Part shown: piece after piece, positions 19,828 to 30,195 of the stretch
Numbering within the stretch: the first letter of the stretch is position 1
Layout: every line of letters begins with the position of its first letter
DNA from: Thermoproteota archaeon
GTDB lineage: Archaea; Thermoproteota; EX4484-205; JAAOZP01
Reading direction: 5' to 3'
NCBI GenBank assembly: GCA_049700215.1
Contig: JBNAVT010000017.1
Coordinates: forward strand, 1 to 47,487
DNA length: 47,487 nucleotides
Notes under the pieces: model-generated
Told to the model about the DNA's origin: nothing
Seen by the model: only the letters and a program-made list of their open reading frames with translations
Databases searched by the model: none
Made by a program: the position numbers and the translations under genes

Positions 19828-20183
19828 ATGGGTATGAGTAAGTTAATCGCTTACTGTGGGCTAATATGCTCCGAATGCCCGGCTTTCATAGCAACCCAGA
19901 GGGATGATGACGCTGAGCGAAAGAGGGTTGCGGAACTCTCGAAAGAGTTCGGCGGCTCCTTCAAACCAAACCTGAGGATATTAATTGCGACGGCTGTTTG
20001 ACAACGGGGGAAAGAATAATTGGCTACTGCAGAATCTGTGAGATAAGGAAGTGCGGACAAAGCAGGAAGGTTCAGAACTACGCTTACTGCGGAGAATACC
20101 CGCGTAGGAGGCTTGAGGAATTCTTTAAAATGGCTCCAAACGCTAGGAAGAACCTGGAAGAAGCTAGGAGAGGCTCGCTCTAA
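19828..20183 (+). pseudogene. DUF3795-like Cys-rich protein pseudogene
   Basis: IAYCGLICSECPAF...INCDGC...C..CEIRKC; frameshift from AAACC duplication at 19963-19972; later Cys positions appear substituted. Confidence 0.75.
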
Positions 20184-20256
20184 CTTTAGAGGCAACGTTT
20201 CCACAAGGATTTTAAGCTCGAAAACATCCTAGTAAAACAGGTGTTCGGGGGAACCA

Positions 20257-21744
20257 TTATGAGAAGAGGCGAAGCCATTTCGCAGCCCGTTCCACGAGGA
20301 AGACGACTGTTTTCAAGGAGATTTTTACGAACGGGTTTGTTTTATTGAAATACCATTCTGAAAGATCCTTTATCCAGCGAAGGTCGTGCTTCAAACAAGC
20401 CTTCATCACCTCCAACTGTATCCCGGTGGGCTTAACCCTGTACCATTCCCCGTTCTTGAGAACGCCCATGGGCACGAAATACATCGGTATTATCAGGCTT
20501 CTGAACTCTTTAAGCTCATCTATAAGCTCAAGAGTTTTAACAAGGTCCTCAGGCTCCTCCTTAGGCAGGCCAATTATTATGGTTGCTGCAGGCACTATTC
20601 TCGACTCGTGCATTATTGAGAAAGCCTGCTTAACGATGCTCGGCCAGGAGGCTGCCGGGTAGGGAGCTGTTTTCGCAGGCATTGTTTTCTCAGCCAGCCT
20701 CGGAGATCCTGTTTCAATGCCGACTTCAACCCCAATGTAGTCATGCTCGTCCTGGAGAATTATCTCGGATAAGCGTTTCACGAGGGAATGGTTTTCCTCC
20801 GCATACTTGACGGCGGAGAGGCTCACGTGGCTCCATCCGACAATTTTGAAAAACTTCCTAGCCGTCTGATGCAACCTTATTAACGGTTCAGGCTTGGGTT
20901 TAACCCCGTCAGCCCCATAAAGTAGAATGTCTTCAGCATGTAGTAGGCACCTGTCTAGTCCACAGGCCTTATTCACCATAAGCTCCTTCTCAATTGTTTC
21001 AAGAGGGTACTGTCTTAAGGGTCTCAGGGTTACTGAGCAGAACCTGCAGCCCCTTGGACACCCCCTCATTATTTCAACCAGCCCGTTTACCGAGGCATTC
21101 TTAATCGTAGGGATCTCACTCAGCACCGGAGTGTCCTGAATACCTACGTGCACGTATTGGGGGAGAGGCTTGTCTTCTAGAGCATCCTGGACCAGCTGCA
21201 CTATGGCTTTCTCAGCCTCCCCTTCAACAATGGTGTCCACGCCCCATTTCTCAGCGTACTCAGGCATCCAGAGCCACTGCCATGCAGCGGGGCCGCCTAC
21301 GATTATTTTCAACCCGTTTTTCTTAGCCATCCTTATCTCAGGCTTCTCCATGAATTTCTTGAAACACTTAGAGTTAACCGGCTCCCTCCCCGTTAGAACC
21401 CACCATTCGCTGCTCGGAGGCCCGAGCGCGAAGTAATCATGATGACCTATTCCAAGCACCTTAGCGTTCTTCAAGTGTTTCCCAAGATGGTCTGGATCTA
21501 TTACGGCAGCCTTAATCCCGGCGTCGAGCAGTGCAGCTTCTATTTTCCTAAGCCCGTACGGAGCCTCCAAGGGTCTTCCTAGATCATCAACCTTAACTTT
21601 CGGAGCAGCTACAGCTATCCAAACCCTCTCGGGAACCATCACAGGCGGTCCGGTTGCCAAGAAGCCTAGAAACTCTTTACCGTGGTGATTGCTCATAAGC
21701 GTCCTGTCGACTGACAGCACCACGTCGAAACGCTCGTCAACCAT
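20257..21744 (-). CDS. Radical SAM protein with B12-binding-like N-terminal domain
   Basis: EIMRGCPRGCRFC, APYGLRKIEAAL, IVGGP, GIETGS. Confidence 0.9.
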   Translation of the reverse strand: MVDERFDVVLSVDRTLMSNHHGKEFLGFLATGPPVMVPERVWIAVAAPKVKVDDLGRPLEAPYGLRKIEAALLDAGIKAAVIDPDHLGKHLKNAKVLGIGHHDYFALGPPSSEWWVLTGREPVNSKCFKKFMEKPEIRMAKKNGLKIIVGGPAAWQWLWMPEYAEKWGVDTIVEGEAEKAIVQLVQDALEDKPLPQYVHVGIQDTPVLSEIPTIKNASVNGLVEIMRGCPRGCRFCSVTLRPLRQYPLETIEKELMVNKACGLDRCLLHAEDILLYGADGVKPKPEPLIRLHQTARKFFKIVGWSHVSLSAVKYAEENHSLVKRLSEIILQDEHDYIGVEVGIETGSPRLAEKTMPAKTAPYPAASWPSIVKQAFSIMHESRIVPAATIIIGLPKEEPEDLVKTLELIDELKEFRSLIIPMYFVPMGVLKNGEWYRVKPTGIQLEVMKACLKHDLRWIKDLSEWYFNKTNPFVKISLKTVVFLVERAAKWLRLFS

Positions 21745-21746
21745 TT

Positions 21747-22004
21747 CTAGGGCACCGTTGTCTCCTCGTCATAATCCTCCGAAGCCCTTTTCTCACCACT
21801 GTACACTATGATCGTTGCCCAAATGTTCTTGTTTGAAAGAGGCCTAATCGCCTCCAGCAGTTCACCCCGCCTAAACCCCTGCATGTCTATGATAACCCGT
21901 CCGTATTTTGTAAGCAGGGGGGTGATTTTCTCAACAAGCCTACTGGGCTCTTCCAAATGTTTCTCCTTTCTGACAGTAACGTGAAGCCTCTTGTCTCGGT
22001 CCAT
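21747..22004 (-). CDS. Small hypothetical protein
   Basis: 85-aa ORF packed between the wHTH and radical SAM genes (0-2 nt gaps). Confidence 0.6.
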   Translation of the reverse strand: MDRDKRLHVTVRKEKHLEEPSRLVEKITPLLTKYGRVIIDMQGFRRGELLEAIRPLSNKNIWATIIVYSGEKRASEDYDEETTVP

Positions 22005-22415
22005 TTAAACCATCCCCTCCAGGATTTTCTCGAAACGCTGTAAAACCTTGTATTTCACGTAATCCTTGACGAGCTGCGGAGCCTCTTCTTCGACAAGCCT
22101 CCTATATGTTGAAATACATTTTAACGCGATTCGCGCAGCCTCTCTTCTGCTGATCCTGCCCTCCCACCTGTCTTCATGAATTTTTTCCAAAACATTAGTT
22201 ATAATGTTCTCAACCATGATTATTTTTCTCTGCCTGTGGTTCGGATCTCTGGCGACTTTCAAAATGCCTTTCCTTGAAAGATTCTTAACCTCTCTGGAGA
22301 GCACTACTCTCGACAGTTTACCCTTAAGCCTGCCTGCTAACTTGTTGAAAGAAGTCCCTCCGGGGTGGCTCGCTACCTCGTCTATTATCCTTCCCTGAAT
22401 AGGGGTTAAACTCAT
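22005..22415 (-). CDS. Winged-HTH transcriptional regulator
   Basis: SFNKLA..L...LSR..LSREVK.L...GIL plus wing. Confidence 0.7.
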   Translation of the reverse strand: MSLTPIQGRIIDEVASHPGGTSFNKLAGRLKGKLSRVVLSREVKNLSRKGILKVARDPNHRQRKIIMVENIITNVLEKIHEDRWEGRISRREAARIALKCISTYRRLVEEEAPQLVKDYVKYKVLQRFEKILEGMV

Positions 22416-22424
22416 CTCGAAGAA

Positions 22425-22465
22425 ACCGGTTCATCTGTGAACCGGTATTTAAAAATATCGGTTCA
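22425..22465. promoter_or_regulatory. Operator-like overlapping inverted repeats around the TATA box of the wHTH gene
   Basis: ACCGGTTCA-tctg-TGAACCGGT (22425-22446) and TGAACCGGTATTT-aa-AAATATCGGTTCA (22438-22465); TTTTTAAATA on the minus strand at 22446-22455. Confidence 0.65.
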
Positions 22466-22488
22466 GCTGAGGGCTTTAAACACGAGAA

Positions 22489-23937
22489 TCAGCCGTGAAG
22501 CCTCACGACGCTCACTGAATGAGGCTTCAACATGATGTTTACCTTCTCGTCAATCGCTTTGACACTAGCCTGCTCTATTCCAACCTTATCCGGGTCTTCC
22601 AGCGTGTTTCTATCGTCAGCCGATTCTCCTGCGATAGACTGTTGCAAGCCGCTCCTCGGAGTAAACCCTTTGAAGTCCACTTGGAGTTCAACACTGTCCA
22701 CCTCGCTCCTGTTTAAAACATAGAGGTATATTGTCTCCCCGTCTTTAGAGAGTGTTGCTGAGGCATCCACATACGGCACGTATCCGCCGGTCTCGCTGGA
22801 AGCGTATTGATCCGTGTCCAGCAGCGTTCTTAAAACATGAACACCCTTATTCTGGCCGTACATTTTGAAAACAAAGTATTGCGGTGTTAAAACCATGCGT
22901 CCGTCGGAGGCAGCTATTATAAGTGGAAGGACATTCACGGTCTGTGCGAAATTGCTTATTGGAACAATGTTGCATAGTCTTTGAAGCATGTTCAGAATAC
23001 CGCCTGTGAAAACAGCGTCCCTAACGCGAGTAACCTGTGTAACCAGCGGTTCCCTAGCCTCAGGATACCAGACGTTCCACTCGTCGAAGGCTATTTTTAT
23101 ATCGCGTTTTATCCCGTATTTTCTTCTAGTAGCTTCAACCAAGCCGTAAACGTTTTCCAGCATACGCTCAACATATACCGGGATGGACACTAGCTCTTTG
23201 TACGGTTTATTCCCGGGAGCGTAGTAATGCACGGAAAGATAGTTGAAGCATTTCCCCGCCCCCTTAATCATTTCAATGTTCCACTCAGGGTCCTCGCAGC
23301 CAACAGCCATTAGCTCTATGCTCGGGTCAACCTTACGCATCTCGTTCGCGAACTCAAGGGTCCTCCGGGCGCACTCAGCACCATCCTTGCAGAACCCTAT
23401 CTGCCATTCACCATGAAGCTCGTTCCCTATCCCCCAGAGCTTAACGTTGTAGGGCTCTTCACGACCATACTTGCGTCTAAGAGAAGCGTGATGCGTAGAC
23501 CCGTTTAGATTGCAGTATTCCACCCATCGAGCAGCCTCCTCAGGCGTCCCGTTCCCAGCGTTAACAACTATAAAGGGCTCCGCGCCCGCCAGCCTACACC
23601 ACTCTATGAACTCATCCGTCCCGAAAAGGTTCGGCTCCTCAGCTCTCCACGCTATGTCGAAACGCTTCGGCCTCTGGCTTACAGGTCCCATGCCATCCTC
23701 CCAGTGATACCCGCTTGCAAAATTTCCACCGGGCCACCTTACGAGAGGAGTATTTAAATCCCTGACTGCATTCAGAACATCCAGCCGATAACCCTTCTCG
23801 TTAGGTATCTTAGAGTCACTGCCGACCCAGATTCCTCCATAAATACAATCTCCTAGGTGTTCAATAAACTGGCCGTAGCACCTCTCGCTGAGAACCCCTG
23901 CTTTCGCCGTCGCGTCAACAACCAGCCTACTCTTCAA
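22489..23937 (-). CDS. abfA: Alpha-L-arabinofuranosidase (GH51)
   Basis: YGQFIEHLG, RWPGGNF, FGTDEF, WGIGNE, AFDEWNVW, AQTVNV. Confidence 0.92.
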   Translation of the reverse strand: MKSRLVVDATAKAGVLSERCYGQFIEHLGDCIYGGIWVGSDSKIPNEKGYRLDVLNAVRDLNTPLVRWPGGNFASGYHWEDGMGPVSQRPKRFDIAWRAEEPNLFGTDEFIEWCRLAGAEPFIVVNAGNGTPEEAARWVEYCNLNGSTHHASLRRKYGREEPYNVKLWGIGNELHGEWQIGFCKDGAECARRTLEFANEMRKVDPSIELMAVGCEDPEWNIEMIKGAGKCFNYLSVHYYAPGNKPYKELVSIPVYVERMLENVYGLVEATRRKYGIKRDIKIAFDEWNVWYPEAREPLVTQVTRVRDAVFTGGILNMLQRLCNIVPISNFAQTVNVLPLIIAASDGRMVLTPQYFVFKMYGQNKGVHVLRTLLDTDQYASSETGGYVPYVDASATLSKDGETIYLYVLNRSEVDSVELQVDFKGFTPRSGLQQSIAGESADDRNTLEDPDKVGIEQASVKAIDEKVNIMLKPHSVSVVRLHG

Positions 23938-24000
23938 GCCGGTTCACCTGTTAAAGATCCTGCTCCTCCAGTAATAAACATATGGTTTCCCATGGTTGTT

Positions 24001-24630
24001 TCAAGACGGGGGTTCGAAGTATTTTTCAAGAAGCCTGCGTATGCCGCTCCTAGTTATCTCGGAGAAGGTTGAGGGAGCTATGCCAAGCATCTTCACCAGC
24101 TCCCTGCTGCTTATTCTCCTAGGGTAGTCGAAAAACCCCATTTTTAAAGCGAGCCAGAGCACGTTCTCCTGCTTCTCGGTTAAAACACCCTCCTTATGCT
24201 CGTGCTTCGTTAAACCGAGTATTTTAGGCTTGAATCCAAGGGACTCCAGGGTCGATACTATTTGCTTAAACACTTCGTAGCCGGGCGCTATAAACTCGTA
24301 GACCATCCTGTATCCCCCCAGGTGCTTGCCTGAAATAAGGAAGGCTCCTTGAGAAAGCATTGTGTTGCAAACGCTACACCCATCGGTTTGAAAGGAGGCG
24401 AGCGCGCTTGAGCCCCTGGAGCTTTTCAGGATCCTGAGCCTCCCATCGGAAGCCTTGCCCAGCTCGCTGACAGGGAATCTTACCAGGTGTCTCACAGACC
24501 CGTTGGGCAGTCTTCTAACGTCAATGAGTCTGCAATCGTTGACTCCAAGCTTAGACATGTGCTCCAAGCCCTTACACTGGCTATTCTCAACCTCAATGGT
24601 CACATGGTACATTGCTTGTTCAAGAGTCAT
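24001..24630 (-). CDS. HTH_10 (Bat-type) transcriptional regulator
   Basis: C-terminal LTEKQE.VL.LA..GFFDYPR...EL...LGI..ST.SE..R. Confidence 0.85.
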   Translation of the reverse strand: MTLEQAMYHVTIEVENSQCKGLEHMSKLGVNDCRLIDVRRLPNGSVRHLVRFPVSELGKASDGRLRILKSSRGSSALASFQTDGCSVCNTMLSQGAFLISGKHLGGYRMVYEFIAPGYEVFKQIVSTLESLGFKPKILGLTKHEHKEGVLTEKQENVLWLALKMGFFDYPRRISSRELVKMLGIAPSTFSEITRSGIRRLLEKYFEPPS

Positions 24631-24754
24631 TTAGACCACTGTCTTTCAAAAACGCTTTAATCAATATTTAAGACTTACCTAGAGTCCGTGAAAAGAATCT
24701 TCTTCTTAAAACAGTTTACCTTTAAATAGGTCTTTGGGAACCGTAAGCAGACAG

Positions 24755-25390
24755 ATGCTTAAAACCCTCCTTGCTACCCAGCAGTTCTTAGAATGGATGG
24801 AGCAGCTCGCATACCAGTATGGATATCTTGGAGTATTCTTACTGTCCCTCGTGGGAGCCCTGTCCGTCGTCTTCCCCATACCGTACACTATCGTAATCTA
24901 CTTGATGGGCTCCATCCTTGATCCTCTCCTGATAGCGTTCTCAGGGGGCTTTGGCTCTGCCATAGGAGAACTAGCCGGCTACGCGCTAGGATACTACGGC
25001 AGGCTGCTGATAGGCGAGGAGCGTAGGAGGAAGATGGATTACATGCTTAAGATATTCGACCGCTACGGTGCTGCAGCAATATTCCTTTTCGCATTAACCC
25101 CTCTGCCCGACGACCTGCTTATAATCCCCCTGGGCATAATGCGCTACAACCCTGTCAAGTTTCTCATACCGTGTATCCTGGGGAAAACACTAATGTGCTT
25201 CATACTGGCCCTCGGAGGGAGGTTTTCAATAAGCCTGATTAGAAGCCTGTTTGGCGGGGAGGGAGGGTGGGCCGCAACCCTGTTGACTCTTCTGCTTCTA
25301 GCCGGGGTTGTAATCCTGATGTTGAAGATAGACTGGGAGGAAGTCTTCTTCAAATACGTGGAGAAGCGGGGGAAAGCAGAGTCAAAATAG
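24755..25390 (+). CDS. DedA/VTT family membrane protein
   Basis: FPIPY, GSAIGE..GY.LG, FALTPLPDD, GK; TATA TTTAAATA at 24721. Confidence 0.85.
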   Translation: MLKTLLATQQFLEWMEQLAYQYGYLGVFLLSLVGALSVVFPIPYTIVIYLMGSILDPLLIAFSGGFGSAIGELAGYALGYYGRLLIGEERRRKMDYMLKIFDRYGAAAIFLFALTPLPDDLLIIPLGIMRYNPVKFLIPCILGKTLMCFILALGGRFSISLIRSLFGGEGGWAATLLTLLLLAGVVILMLKIDWEEVFFKYVEKRGKAESK

Positions 25391-25423
25391 TTTAAATAAG
25401 GGGTTTGAAGCCACTAGTGTTTA

Positions 25424-26332
25424 ATGGAGGAGTTTGAAAAAGAATACTGGCTTGAGGTTGAGCTGCAACACCCTAAGGGATGGGTGTTAGCAGCGGAGTC
25501 AGGAGGCATGTTAGACGGTTACTTCAGGATAGACTCGAAAACCACGGCTAAGCTTGAGGTTAAGTGGGAGAAACAGGCTTCTGAAAGGAAGCCGAGGACG
25601 AAAGTGCAGCCGATGATTGTGATAAACAAGTTTATAGAAGACTATATGACTCGGGCTAAGAGAAGGGGTAAGGCGGAAGTATACGAGCGGGGAAGCGCAA
25701 GAATATGTGAGCACAACGCGTATTTCGCGCGGTGGCGGGACATTGGCGACATCGTTACTATCTCATGGGTGTGTGAAAACGAGAGCAAGGTTTTCCTCCT
25801 CAACTACTATCTTGAGCCGGGTGAGAAATGGGAGGATGTTGCAAGCTGGCTGGTCCCTGGGTTCATATGCCACACTCCGGAAAAATTCTGGAGGTATCGT
25901 CTTATCGGCGTGGAGTTCAACGTGCCAAAAGGCTATTCTCTTCAAACCAGGAAGCTGCTACTGGGCAAGCCGATAGTGGTTTTCAAAACCAGGGACAGGA
26001 CTCTGCTCATCCACTGGTCTACTTTTGCCAGGGAAACCTTGGCTAAGTACAGGAACCTTGCTGAATGGGCGAAGAAAGAGGTTCCGAAGGAAGTGCGCAC
26101 CGTCATGAAGGGTTTAAACTACGATAGGCTTAAGCTTGACGAGAAGACTGGGAAAATGGTGGTGGAGGAAACGGGACGGGAATTCTTCGGCGGCAAGAAG
26201 ACTGTTAAAACGTCAAGGGTCTGGTGTGACTCGGATTCGAACAGGATATTCTTGACGGGCTACTCCGGCCCCCAGGAGAGTATCAGCGATCTCGAGGAGC
26301 TTGAGAAAAGCATAAGGTTTAAGCCTGACTAG
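25424..26332 (+). CDS. Hypothetical protein with apparent two-fold internal repeat
   Basis: 302 aa; halves begin VELQHPKGW and VEFNVPKGY and end WVCENESKVFL and WCDSDSNRIFL. Confidence 0.7.
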   Translation: MEEFEKEYWLEVELQHPKGWVLAAESGGMLDGYFRIDSKTTAKLEVKWEKQASERKPRTKVQPMIVINKFIEDYMTRAKRRGKAEVYERGSARICEHNAYFARWRDIGDIVTISWVCENESKVFLLNYYLEPGEKWEDVASWLVPGFICHTPEKFWRYRLIGVEFNVPKGYSLQTRKLLLGKPIVVFKTRDRTLLIHWSTFARETLAKYRNLAEWAKKEVPKEVRTVMKGLNYDRLKLDEKTGKMVVEETGREFFGGKKTVKTSRVWCDSDSNRIFLTGYSGPQESISDLEELEKSIRFKPD

Positions 26333-26887
26333 GTGGGAGCGATGCCTCTTTTTGGGAAGAAGAGGGAGCCGCCGAGGGTTTCTCCGGGAAGACTATACAG
26401 GAGCATACCGATCGTAAACCCGAGGGTGAAGCATGAGGAGGATGCTGATGGTATTGTCACGATCCTGATTCCAGTGCCCACTGGCGATCCTAAAAACCCT
26501 GAGAGAACAGCAAGGATAAAGCTCGACGCGATAGGGAGCAAGGTTTGGAAGAGGATAGACGGTAAAACCCCGCTTAACGAAATGGTGCAGTGGATGAAGA
26601 ACGAGTTCATGCTGACTGAGAGGGAGGCGGAGGTCTCGCTATCCATGTTCATGAAGAGCCTTGTCGACAAGAAGCTTGTGGCGCTTGCCCTCCCGCCGCC
26701 GACACCCGGGACACGGGAGGTTCAGGAGGAGATTGAGAGAATAAGGTTTGAAATAGAGGAGCTTGAAAAAGCCTATAAAAAGAAGAAGGTTGATGAGAAA
26801 GCCTTCAGGGAGCTTAAGGAAAAATACGAGCAGGCCATCAGGGAACTGGAGGAGAAAGAGGCTGCTGAAACCGGGGGAAAAACCTAA
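26333..26887 (+). CDS. PqqD-family (RRE-like) protein with C-terminal coiled coil
   Basis: IKLDAIGSKVWKRIDGK.....MV......F......AEVSL..F...L..K.LV. Confidence 0.75.
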   Translation: MGAMPLFGKKREPPRVSPGRLYRSIPIVNPRVKHEEDADGIVTILIPVPTGDPKNPERTARIKLDAIGSKVWKRIDGKTPLNEMVQWMKNEFMLTEREAEVSLSMFMKSLVDKKLVALALPPPTPGTREVQEEIERIRFEIEELEKAYKKKKVDEKAFRELKEKYEQAIRELEEKEAAETGGKT

Positions 26888-27173
26888 GCCGCCTGGTTCA
26901 CCAACCGGCGTGCCTACTGGTCCTCGAGTGAAGTTTCTACGAGGCTGAAAACCTTCAGCCGGCTTTACAGCGTCAGCGCGCATCCTTCTCGACTGCCACC
27001 TTATCCGGAGATGTGGCGTCTTCTCACCATCGTACAAGCTTCCTCCCTCTTCTTAAACAGGGATCCTTGAGGATTCGGAAGGTATTTCAACAGTCTGAGC
27101 ACCGTCTTCAGGAGAGTTTAACAATGAGTACGCTTACCGAGGTATTGAGAAAAAGGAAGATTATTGCACGCAC

Positions 27174-28247
27174 TTAGCTGTTGCATTCTTCAAGGCTCCC
27201 GTAGAAATCCATATATTGTTCTATAGAGTTGCAGAGCGCGTCTACGTTCTCAGGAGGAACATCGGGGTAGATGCCTGCCGTCAACATTAAGCCTCCTTTC
27301 TCCGAGCCTAGTTCAATTATACTGTTTCTAATATGATCATCTATTTCACGTGCTGTTCCAAAAGGCAGAAGATACTGTCTATCAATATCTAGGTCGATGC
27401 AGATCCTGCCTTTTATTTTCCTCTTTATGTTTTGCAAGCCGTTAACCCTGTCCTGAAGGTTTAGCACGGACACGCCCGACTCGATCAAGTCTTCCACAAC
27501 CTCCATGACGTGCCCGTCGGTATGCAGGTAAACCCTTGCTCCAGCCTCCCTTACCCTCTGGAACATTCTGCGATAAGATGGGAACACTAGTTTCCTGAAT
27601 TTCTCCCTGCTTATCGGCATCCTGTCCTGAAGGCCTAGGTCGTCCCCGAAGCTAATAACGTCAACACCAATTTTAAGCACTCTTTCAATCAGCTCAAGAT
27701 TATACTCCGTCAGCCTTTCAATCAGCTCGTAGAGCTGAGGAGGTTCGGTGAAAAAATCCTTCATAAGGTTTGCGAAGCCCCTCAGATAGTACAGCCTCAT
27801 GAAGAAGAAGCCGTGTGGAAAACCGACAATCGCAAGATCACCCCTCTCCTTAGCTGATTTAACTGAGGCTTCAATGTCTTCCCATGGCCGCGGCGGATCA
27901 TGGATGCCGGCTATGCCTTTCTCCACATCCGGGATAACCATTTTATCGAGGCTGCTCCAGTCTTCAAGCGGGTGTTTCACAACCTGGCCCTCCAGCCCGT
28001 CGATTTTAAAAGTCCAAACACAGCCCCACTCGTCAACCACAGTGTTACCCCTCCTATGCATGCCGAAATCGTCAAAATCAATAACCCCCTTCCGGAAACC
28101 CGGGAAAAGCCTTGGATGCTTGAGCAGAACTTCCTCAAGACGCTCCCTATACTTGTGCCACGTCGCCTGAATAATGGCAACGTTCGACGGAACGAAGCCG
28201 CAGCCCCTTAAATCGATCACTTTCAGCATGGAATTTTTAAACGGCAT
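27174..28247 (-). CDS. Uroporphyrinogen decarboxylase/MtaA-CmuA-like family protein
   Basis: DEWGCVW, LRGF.N...D, FGDDLG.Q, LHTDG, D.Q.LLPFGT..EI, P.VP.EN. Confidence 0.8.
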   Translation of the reverse strand: MPFKNSMLKVIDLRGCGFVPSNVAIIQATWHKYRERLEEVLLKHPRLFPGFRKGVIDFDDFGMHRRGNTVVDEWGCVWTFKIDGLEGQVVKHPLEDWSSLDKMVIPDVEKGIAGIHDPPRPWEDIEASVKSAKERGDLAIVGFPHGFFFMRLYYLRGFANLMKDFFTEPPQLYELIERLTEYNLELIERVLKIGVDVISFGDDLGLQDRMPISREKFRKLVFPSYRRMFQRVREAGARVYLHTDGHVMEVVEDLIESGVSVLNLQDRVNGLQNIKRKIKGRICIDLDIDRQYLLPFGTAREIDDHIRNSIIELGSEKGGLMLTAGIYPDVPPENVDALCNSIEQYMDFYGSLEECNS

Positions 28248-28413
28248 CGCTCAACCGGATTAGCAAATAGAGCTATAAAAGGATATCTAAGACGAATGCT
28301 GGATCATTAATAGCGCGCGGTAATGTCGATAACTTGAAAAGACGGGTAGGAGGGAAGAAGCACACACTCAGCAAGCACAGTTTTCCCATAGAACCTTTAT
28401 ATTCGCTACTGGT

Positions 28414-28964
28414 ATGTTTCCAGCGGGTCGTGCACCCATGGCTAGTGAGGCGACCATAGTGTGGTCACTTAGACTAGTTACGATCGTAGTGGTTTTAGTG
28501 CCTCTAGCCCTCAACTATTTCTCCTCCGGCTCCCTGCGAGACTTCCTTGTGCCTGGTTTAACCATTCCCTTAAGCCCGATTATTAACGCCCAGCATTCGC
28601 TCCATGTAACCTCTATGAATTACAGCGTTGTTGGAGACACTTGCCTGTTAAGCTTAAGACTATCAAATACTGGAAGCACCGTGATCGGCTTGAAAAAGTT
28701 CGACTGCAAGGTATACGTGCCATCGCTAAACGTGAGTGGGAGGCTTGTTCTCCAGTCTCCGTTCCTCCTGAAACCAGCCGGGGAGGAGACGGTGATCTTC
28801 TTTCTAACCCTGGAGAACTCTGGCCTCGAGTCTCTTCTGAGGCTTCTCGCCCAGAAGCCTCCTGTAAGCCTCTCAGGGAGGCTATTCTATTCTTGGATTC
28901 GGCGGAGCTTCCTCTTAACCTGACTGTAACCAGTCTTCCAACAGGCTTCCTGCCTTCATGGTGA
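28414..28964 (+). CDS. Membrane-anchored beta-rich hypothetical protein, probable 1-nt frameshift near 28878
   Basis: N-terminal TM, L.NTG motif; adding one G to TCAGGGAG joins the frame reading EAILFLDS... Confidence 0.5.
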
Positions 28965-29743
28965 TTGTTCTTGGAGAGGTTTAGAGTATGCTATTTGACC
29001 GGCAGCATATTGTTCCTGATAGTGTCTGCAGCCGGAGGCGCGTGGTGGGAGCTGTTTGTAGGAGAGGTTTCTAAGCCTGTTCTATATGTTGGAATCTCGC
29101 CCTTCGACTTTACGACTGAGATGCTGGGCTCGCGGGTCATCAGCCCGTCCCCCCTTATGAACGCCCTTTTCACTTCTGAAAGATTGCTCGCCATACTTGG
29201 GTCCGCGACGATAATCGCCGGCTCGCTGCTGCGAGATAAGCCCTGGTCCCGAAGGCTTTTTAACCTCAGGCCTCTAACGATGCCCTGTTTTTCGGAGTCC
29301 TAGCTATTATTGGAGCCATCGTGGCAGCGTCCCTGGTTCAACGCTTATCACCATCCGTATCCCAGGCCCTTCCAAACCTGGGCGAGGCTTTAATGCCGTA
29401 TTCAAGCGGACAATTAACCGTCAACCTTTACCCGCTTACGGGTGTCAACGGCCTTGTGAAAATCAGCACGTTATCCAGGTTCACAATCCAGTTTTGGACA
29501 GCCCTAGTGTCAGGAGCATTCTGCCTGGCAGGCTGGGTTCTCCGCCAGAAAGAGGTTGGAACCAAGTCTTCCCAACTACCCCCGCCTAAACCCATAGGTT
29601 TTCCAGGTGGAATTAGGAACGCTTTTAAGGTGGAAGCATGTAAGACTTGTGAATGCGGCGCTGGAAACGCGGTAAGAAGGAAAAGCCCTCCAGCATTGGC
29701 AGAGACTCCCTCGCCAAGTGGGCGGGAGAGTGCGTTGAACTAG
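28965..29743 (+). CDS. Hypothetical membrane protein, probable 1-nt frameshift near 29284
   Basis: ORFs 28965-29303 and 29321-29743 join as MPLFFGVLAIIGAIVAASL if one C is added. Confidence 0.5.
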
Positions 29744-30195
29744 TCGGTGAGAAAGCGGGCGTAAAGCTCGACTATAGCCTAGAGTCTCTGAGAAGCCTAG
29801 ACGTTGCCGTCAGCAGGCTGAAGCCGGAAGACCAAGGGGAGCTTCAGAGCGATTTACTCGGAGCCTATATTGTTTTAACAGGAAGCTACTTGGGCGAGGT
29901 AATCGTTAGAAGCCTGAACGGGGAATGGGAGAAAACCAGTTCCCCCCTAGGCTGGGTGGTGAGGCTCGGCGACCGGGAGATAGATGTTTTCCAAATCGCC
30001 TTCGAAAGTGTTTCCCAGCCAGACAGGTTCAGCAGGTTCCACAGGGAGCTGCACCCAGGGGAGAAAGAGGTTGAGGAAAACCCTGGGGCTCGTTCAGAGC
30101 TTGAAGAACTCATAGTGAAGGGGTATACTTCAGAAATTGAGAAGCCTGAGGAGGAGCCTTTGCTTTGGGAAGATCCTGAAGAGGAAGAATATTGA
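29653..30195 (+). CDS. Hypothetical protein with acidic C-terminus
   Basis: LDYS.ESL..LD and GSYLGEVI....GEW motifs (DUF3806-like, tentative). Confidence 0.6.
   Translation: MRRWKRGKKEKPSSIGRDSLAKWAGECVELVGEKAGVKLDYSLESLRSLDVAVSRLKPEDQGELQSDLLGAYIVLTGSYLGEVIVRSLNGEWEKTSSPLGWVVRLGDREIDVFQIAFESVSQPDRFSRFHRELHPGEKEVEENPGARSELEELIVKGYTSEIEKPEEEPLLWEDPEEEEY

Noticed and set aside
27007-27030. GGAGATG...CTTCTC resembling the start of a second fluoride riboswitch
   Set aside because: No AAC linker, P2, CUGAUR or pseudoknot partner; region looks like a gene remnant
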